Shown piece after piece: positions 22,761 through 24,150 of a stretch of 24,150 nt of DNA. The first letter of the stretch is position 1; every line of letters begins with the position of its first letter. The DNA comes from Basidiobolus ranarum. Its lineage: Eukaryota. The notes beneath the pieces are model-generated. The model did no database searches. It was not told the origin of the DNA and worked only from the letters and a program-made list of their open reading frames with translations. The translations under genes were made by a program, and so were the position numbers. The stretch lies in contig JASJQH010000001.1 of the NCBI GenBank assembly GCA_040143965.1, positions 62,001-86,150 on the forward strand, read 5' to 3'.

Positions 22761-23696
22761 AGTAGATGTTGAAGTAGTCAAGGCTGGATACTTTGAAATA
22801 TGACTTAAAGAGCTATATATATGCTGGACACTCGTTGGAAAGTGACTCAATATGAGTTTATCTCATTCAATAAACTTTTGAATATCCAAGTAGACTACAA
22901 AAGTAATGTTACGAAGCATCATATATACTGAAAGTATGGTATAACGAGGTTTGAAATGGTTAATATACAATACTATACCTTACCATGCAGTTTTTTCAAA
23001 AACCGAACATGTGTTAGACTTTGCTACTAACTGTTAATTGTTTGTGGATATTTTTGATAAAAGACAAAGATGGGATATATACTTAACCTTCAACATATTC
23101 AGGTGACGAAAAATACTGTATTCTGATTGCATGCCTTATATATAAATATCTCACAATGCTACGACTGTTCAAACTGTACTCGGTAAGTCATCAACGAGTA
23201 GTTGTGCAACGCAAAGTCAAAGAAGTTGTTATAACATTCTTTTTAACGTGTTATACTCAGTGAGACTATTTACGGGGTAAGGTTGATGAAGCTTTATTAT
23301 CTTAAGTAATGCTTTCAAATAAACTCGATGATCTCCACGGTAGTTACTAAATACAAGCAGTTGCTTAGCAGAAAAATGTACTATGTTGTGTATTTGCTGC
23401 ATCCTGTTACCAAGTTGCTAGCACACCAGAACAGAGAAAACCAATTTTTTGATACCTATTTGTATAAGAGAAGAAAGTTCCAATCCTTGGTTACATTTTT
23501 TAATTAAGTTTTTCAACTATACCACAACATTATTGTATTAGTTTTTAATTGTAATCATATCTAATAGCTAACACGTGTGTTCTAATTTACTTGATATGTC
23601 AGGGAGAGGGATGAAAAGCACTAAAACATGCCAAATATATTTTTAAGTCAAGTGTTAATGTTATATCAAGGAAAGAAGTGCTAAGAAGTCTTGAAC

Positions 23697-24026
23697 TTGC
23701 TGAAGTTTTTGGGTGTTTGTTAGAGTTGCTTTGGAGAACTAAAATCGATTGATGGTTTTCAACTATTAATTAAGGGTTAGTGGCGATAAAAACACACTGC
23801 ATCCTTTATTTAAATCGGTTATAGACTTTAATAAAGAAGGGATTAGGAGCGAAGTAATCTCTTACTTAACACATCTAATTTTTGGTTTTGTCTTGATAAA
23901 CAGTCCATTTGGCGACATTTCACAAAGTTACTGAACAACTGAATAGGTTCATATTGTTAAAGTATTTGGGAGCCTGTTGGAAGTGGTTTGGAGAATTAGA
24001 GGAATTGGTGGTTTTCACTTATTGAT
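23697..24026. repeat. Diverged ~74-bp direct repeat pair
   Basis: 23697-23770 versus 23954-24026 align at 54/74 positions by hand with one gap; shared blocks TTTGGG, TTTGGAGAA and TGGTTTTCA. Confidence 0.7.
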
Positions 24027-24150
24027 TTATTGAGCATTCAGTTGACATTTATAGTTTTGTCAAGATGTAAACAAACTAACGTGTAGAATATGTTAAGGAA
24101 GGTCCCAGGAACATGTGTGCAAAGTTTGGGGCTTCTAGCACAAGTTTGAA

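Noticed and set aside
1-24150. tRNA, rRNA, CRISPR arrays, prokaryotic operons
   Set aside because: No cloverleaf or repeat-spacer pattern seen by eye; the genes carry spliceosomal introns. A covariance-model scan would be needed to exclude small ncRNAs.

Overview
Eukaryotic, intron-rich, AT-rich genomic DNA with short spliceosomal introns (about 55-130 nt), CTAAC-type branch points and fungal-type proteins. It is most likely from an early-diverging (non-Dikarya) fungus, which is an inference. I spliced the genes by hand, and every complete model gives an uninterrupted reading frame. In order: 3' end of an unidentified gene with a probable GC-AG intron (+); RAD23 (-); Xaa-Pro aminopeptidase P with a mitochondrial-type N-terminal extension and a second ATG (-); a 760-aa DUF2433-type calcineurin-like phosphoesterase with most metal ligands lost, fused to Trp-acidic repeats, an RRM and an RG tail (-); a multi-BRCT Brc1/Rtt107-like scaffold (+); a GTP-dependent PEP carboxykinase with a clear mitochondrial presequence (+); a DHA2-type MFS transporter (-); and a small secreted orphan protein (-). 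No tRNA, rRNA, CRISPR array or intact mobile element was seen. The best leads are (1) the mitochondrion-targeted GTP-PEPCK, with a TGAGACC motif cluster upstream and a two-state hairpin downstream, (2) the pseudo-phosphoesterase/RRM protein, and (3) the secreted protein, which may be a Kex2-processed peptide precursor.
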